In this document: positions 60,569 to 64,000 of the stretch, piece after piece | Layout of the letters: each line of letters starts with the position of its first letter | Numbering within the stretch: position 1 is the first letter of the stretch | The notes under the pieces: model-generated | Database searches by the model: none | What the model saw: only the letters and a program-made list of their open reading frames with translations | Told to the model about the DNA's origin: nothing | Origin: Candidatus Cloacimonadales bacterium | GTDB taxonomy: Bacteria; Cloacimonadota; Cloacimonadia; Cloacimonadales; DAONDQ01 | Assembly (NCBI GenBank): GCA_963662275.1 | Contig: OY759316.1 | Location: 640,001 to 704,000, forward strand | Direction of reading: 5' to 3' | DNA length: 64,000 nt | Translations under genes and position numbers: made by a program

Positions 60569-61330
60569 TTAATTTTTAATTCTGCCCAGCAGCCTGAGCA
60601 GTCCGTCGAGAATTGTATAAGGATGTGGAGGACAGCCTGGTACAAAGAGATCAACAGGCAGTAAATCACTAACTCCACTATTTGTTTGCTCTAAATCTGA
60701 ATAGATACCACCTGAAATAGCACAAGCTCCTACCACAATCACTATCTTGGGAGAAGCAACAGCATCATACGTTTTCATGAGGGCTTGTTCCATATTCCTG
60801 GTAACCGGACCAGTGATCAGTAGACCATCTGCATGTCGCGGAGAAGCGACGAATTGAATGCCAAAACGTCCTAAATCAAAGACGAGAGTATTGAGAACAT
60901 TAGTATCAGCTTCGCAGGCATTGCACCCGCCTGCACTTACCTGGCGTAATTTCATCGAACGTCCAAATAGCCTTCTCGTATGCTCTTCCAGAGCTTTCGC
61001 AATGGGATACTCTTCACCTGAAAGAAGCAATGAGTTCCTATCATTTACAGCAAGCTGATATTCTTTGTTAAAATCAATACAGGATGCAGGACAGCCTTCA
61101 ACACATTTATGGCAAAATATACATTTACCCAAATCGATTGTCAGTTTTTGCTCTATTTTTGACAGAGCTTGTGTCGGACAGATATCGATGCATACCTGGC
61201 AATTCTTTTGACACTTACTGGGATCAAAGACTGGTCTGCCACTGAACTTCTCAGGCAATACGGGTTCTTTCCCAGGGAAGGAAGAAGTACGGTAGCCTTG
61301 TTTGAGGCGGGTTTTTAAGATATTATACAT
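60569..61330 (-). CDS. Ehr/hydrogenase-4 small subunit: 2x[4Fe-4S] ferredoxin fused to a NuoB/HyfI-like domain
   Basis: Two CxxCxxxCP clusters; GGCNACE, SPRHAD, GACA and PGCPP. Confidence 0.9.
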   Translation of the reverse strand: MYNILKTRLKQGYRTSSFPGKEPVLPEKFSGRPVFDPSKCQKNCQVCIDICPTQALSKIEQKLTIDLGKCIFCHKCVEGCPASCIDFNKEYQLAVNDRNSLLLSGEEYPIAKALEEHTRRLFGRSMKLRQVSAGGCNACEADTNVLNTLVFDLGRFGIQFVASPRHADGLLITGPVTRNMEQALMKTYDAVASPKIVIVVGACAISGGIYSDLEQTNSGVSDLLPVDLFVPGCPPHPYTILDGLLRLLGRIKN

Positions 61331-61409
61331 ATGAACAGCTCCGTTGGGATTCCCATCAGGAAATCCACCTACTAGTCATGGATGTATTTAGAATATTCTT
61401 CAACGGAGA

Positions 61410-61512
61410 AGAAATAGCAAGAACGGCGTCTTGCTTTACCGGACGAAGAATAGCAAGAACGGCGTCTTGCTTTACCGGACGAAGAATAGCAAGAACGGCG
61501 TCTTGCTTTACA
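61410..61512. repeat. Three tandem 36-bp palindromic REP-like units inside the operon
   Basis: aatagcaagaacggcgtcttgctttac three times; core AGCAAGA-N6-TCTTGCT. Confidence 0.9.
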
Positions 61513-61519
61513 ACAATAA

Positions 61520-63034
61520 TCATAAGTCATGTCCGCAATAGGATAAATTAAAGCTTTTATTACAGAGAGGAAAGTCTGATATTTGCTGATTACGAAGGGA
61601 TAAAGCCAATCCAAACCAGTTATGGAATGAAGGATCGGTTACCTTGTAGTGTTTCAGATTACCAATGGAATCCGTCAAAGCAACATGGCAAATCTCTCCT
61701 CGCCAGCCTTCCACCATGGAGACTGAGATCATATTCGGCTTCGAAGAACCAATGATATTCATAATTGGTTCTGCTATTAATGCATCCAGGGCATGTTGAA
61801 TGAAAAGGATGGAATATTGTATTTCAAACCAGCGCATACTTGCCCTGGCATATACATCTCCACTTTGCATCGTGACTGTTGGAGATTCCAAAGACATATA
61901 GGCACCCCAGGGAAATTCAGTGCGAATATCGCAATTCACGTTACTAGCTCGAGCTGCTACCCCAACAAGACCAATATTGACAGCATCTTCCGTTGAAACC
62001 GTTCCTGTTCCTTCAAAACGAGCCATGACTGTCGGCGTATCCCATAACAGGTTGATCGCATCTTTGACATCATCATAAATTATATTCAACCGAGTCTTTA
62101 GCTCATTGATAATTTCTAAAGACATATCATACCGTACACCACCAGGTTGAATCAGATTTCTTCCAAACCGGTTTCCACACAGCATGGCAGTCAGGTTCAG
62201 AAAATCTCCACGCAAGCGTCCGCAATATGATGCAGTTGGTAGAAAGCCCACATCGTTAGCTAATGCTCCCAGATCACCTGTATGGTTAGCCAATCTTTCC
62301 AATTCAAGAGCTATCGCCCTGATCAAGTTTGCCCGATGTGTAGGCATTGATCCGCTTAAAGCCTCCATATTCATGGAATAAGCAGTCGAATGACCTATTG
62401 TTGTATCTCCTGCCAATGTTTCCATGAAATGAATAGAACGCAGATTCGGAGTTGCCAGTAATGCCTGTTCAATTCCCCTATGCTGATAACCAAGTTCGAT
62501 TTCCAGGTGTTTGACTATCTCGCCATAACACTGGAAGCGGAAGTGTCCCGGTTCAATGATTCCGGCATGCACGGGACCCACAGCTACTTCATGGATTTCT
62601 TCACCTTCCACCTTGAAATAATCAGTAACACCTGGTTCAATATTATCCATTTCACTTCGATTCCAGGCATCATGTCCTTTTCTGTATGATTGATGAAAAC
62701 GGATAGGTTTAAGCCAGGGATGTCCTTCAGGAAGAACCCCCCATTGTTCGGCTATTTCCCTTTCAAACCAATGTACTTGGGGAAGGTCTTTCGTGAGAGA
62801 CGGATATGAATCTTTGACTCTAGTGCGGTATATCTCCAGATTACCTAAAGGAAAATTAGCCAGAACTGAGATCAGTACTATTTCATCCCTTTCAGGCATA
62901 CCGAAGAATGATGATACTCGTGATCCTTTGTTTACAACTTCAATCATAATCTGACGAAAATCATGCATTGATAATTCTGGAACTTCAGAATAGGGAATTG
63001 CCTGCCCATTATACAAATGAGGATGATTCTTCAA
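61520..63034 (-). CDS. HyfG/HycE-like large subunit (NuoC+NuoD fusion) lacking Ni-binding cysteines (Ehr type)
   Basis: WFEREI, GPVHAGIIEPGHFRF, ELERLANH, EGWRGE and SDFPLCNKSFNLSY; no CxxC L1/L2 motifs. Confidence 0.9.
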   Translation of the reverse strand: MKNHPHLYNGQAIPYSEVPELSMHDFRQIMIEVVNKGSRVSSFFGMPERDEIVLISVLANFPLGNLEIYRTRVKDSYPSLTKDLPQVHWFEREIAEQWGVLPEGHPWLKPIRFHQSYRKGHDAWNRSEMDNIEPGVTDYFKVEGEEIHEVAVGPVHAGIIEPGHFRFQCYGEIVKHLEIELGYQHRGIEQALLATPNLRSIHFMETLAGDTTIGHSTAYSMNMEALSGSMPTHRANLIRAIALELERLANHTGDLGALANDVGFLPTASYCGRLRGDFLNLTAMLCGNRFGRNLIQPGGVRYDMSLEIINELKTRLNIIYDDVKDAINLLWDTPTVMARFEGTGTVSTEDAVNIGLVGVAARASNVNCDIRTEFPWGAYMSLESPTVTMQSGDVYARASMRWFEIQYSILFIQHALDALIAEPIMNIIGSSKPNMISVSMVEGWRGEICHVALTDSIGNLKHYKVTDPSFHNWFGLALSLRNQQISDFPLCNKSFNLSYCGHDL

Positions 63035-64000
63035 TTCATGCCTCCTTCAAAGAGAAGTGCTGCTTTGCGAATCATTTCATCCAACCAGCTAGGAACCCAA
63101 AGACCCATATTTAATGCCAGGATTGCAAGTAAAATCACGGGAACGATCATCACCCAAGTTTCCCGTCTTCTTCTCATGGATGCTTTTCCAAATACCATTG
63201 GCAATATCACATTCGTCATGCCGATAAATGCTAATATAAGAAAAACACTGAAAAGAATGCTGACAAGCCAGAGATGCTGACCAATACCCGCTCTCAATAT
63301 GGTGAATTCACTGATGAAAATACCAAAAGGTGGTGAACCTACAATTGCCAAATAGCCTACAAGCCAAAGAATAGCAGTGACTGGCATGACTTTGCTCAAT
63401 CCTTTCACATTAGCTGCTATCTTTGTATGAAACTTGGAATGAATATTACCGGCTGTCATAAAAAGTATTACTTTTACAATCGAGTGATTGATCATCTGCA
63501 GCAGTGCTCCGAACACACCCAATCCACCAATTCCTATACCCAAGGTCAATATCCCCATATGTTCAACACTGGAGTATGCCAACATACGTTTATAATCAGT
63601 CTGTCCAAGTAAAAAGACACTTGCCGTCCCGATTGAAACCAAACCAAATAACAAGAGAAGGCTTTGTCCAAAAGAAGCAATCCCGGCAGCATAGAATACT
63701 TGTTGAATGCGTAGTATCCCCAGGAATGCACAGTTCAACAGTGTTCCTGATAATAGTGCAGATATAGGTGAAGGTGCTTCGCTATGTGCATCAGGAAGCC
63801 AGGTATGCATTGGAGCTAAACCCATCTTTGTTCCGTAGCCTACAAGCATGAAAATCAATGCAAGTTCCAGCCATTTATGATTGAGAACTGATGCATTCTG
63901 CAGCAATGACAATAGTGTTATATCCTTTACTCCGGGAGGTAGCGATAAACCGATAAAGAAAATTCCTATCAAGGCTATAGCAATTCCGACGGAGCAAAGA
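63031..64000 (-). CDS. HyfF/NuoL-like proton-translocating membrane subunit (5' end outside the window)
   Basis: GYGTKMGLAPMHTWLPDAHSEAP and KRMLAYSSVEH motifs. Confidence 0.9.
   Translation of the reverse strand, partial: LCSVGIAIALIGIFFIGLSLPPGVKDITLLSLLQNASVLNHKWLELALIFMLVGYGTKMGLAPMHTWLPDAHSEAPSPISALLSGTLLNCAFLGILRIQQVFYAAGIASFGQSLLLLFGLVSIGTASVFLLGQTDYKRMLAYSSVEHMGILTLGIGIGGLGVFGALLQMINHSIVKVILFMTAGNIHSKFHTKIAANVKGLSKVMPVTAILWLVGYLAIVGSPPFGIFISEFTILRAGIGQHLWLVSILFSVFLILAFIGMTNVILPMVFGKASMRRRRETWVMIVPVILLAILALNMGLWVPSWLDEMIRKAALLFEGGMN

Noticed and set aside
61372..61614. 80-aa ORF with KARRRSCYSSSG repeats
   Set aside because: Translation of the 36-bp REP trimer overlapping the large-subunit gene end
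61520..63034. Functional [NiFe] hydrogenase large subunit
   Set aside because: Both Ni-binding CxxC motifs are absent

Overview
A 64-kb low-GC bacterial chromosomal window, probably from Candidatus Cloacimonadota or a related anaerobe. That assignment is inferred only from the PYPNPFNP-type C-terminal domain, the giant modular surface proteins, the class II RNR and the Ehr complex. Core genes include glnS, lon, nrdJ, a CHASE2 adenylate cyclase, an SH3-M48 peptidase, an Fe-ADH, a DEAD-box helicase, tRNA-Ala(GGC), a cyclase-STAND-TPR protein, a 2910-aa surface protein and an Ehr (hydrogenase-4-like) operon. The intergenic DNA is saturated with REP-like palindromes, including a RAYT flanked by two REPIN-like doublets and a 31-unit 40/41-bp palindromic array. 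An ~18.5-kb accessory island (~16.6-35.1 kb) carries co-oriented cargo: a HigBA-SecB toxin-antitoxin-chaperone module, a remnant of a second one, a proteasome-like pseudogene and an SF1 helicase-nuclease. The cargo is punctuated by a conserved ~88-bp multi-hairpin site (here called 'X'). An IS110/IS1111 element, whose 3' non-coding region carries guide-like matches to its own junctions, is inserted in one X copy. Two IS1182 copies each sit exactly where a 14-bp hairpin of X is missing. This cassette-like architecture is the most novel-looking signal in the window.
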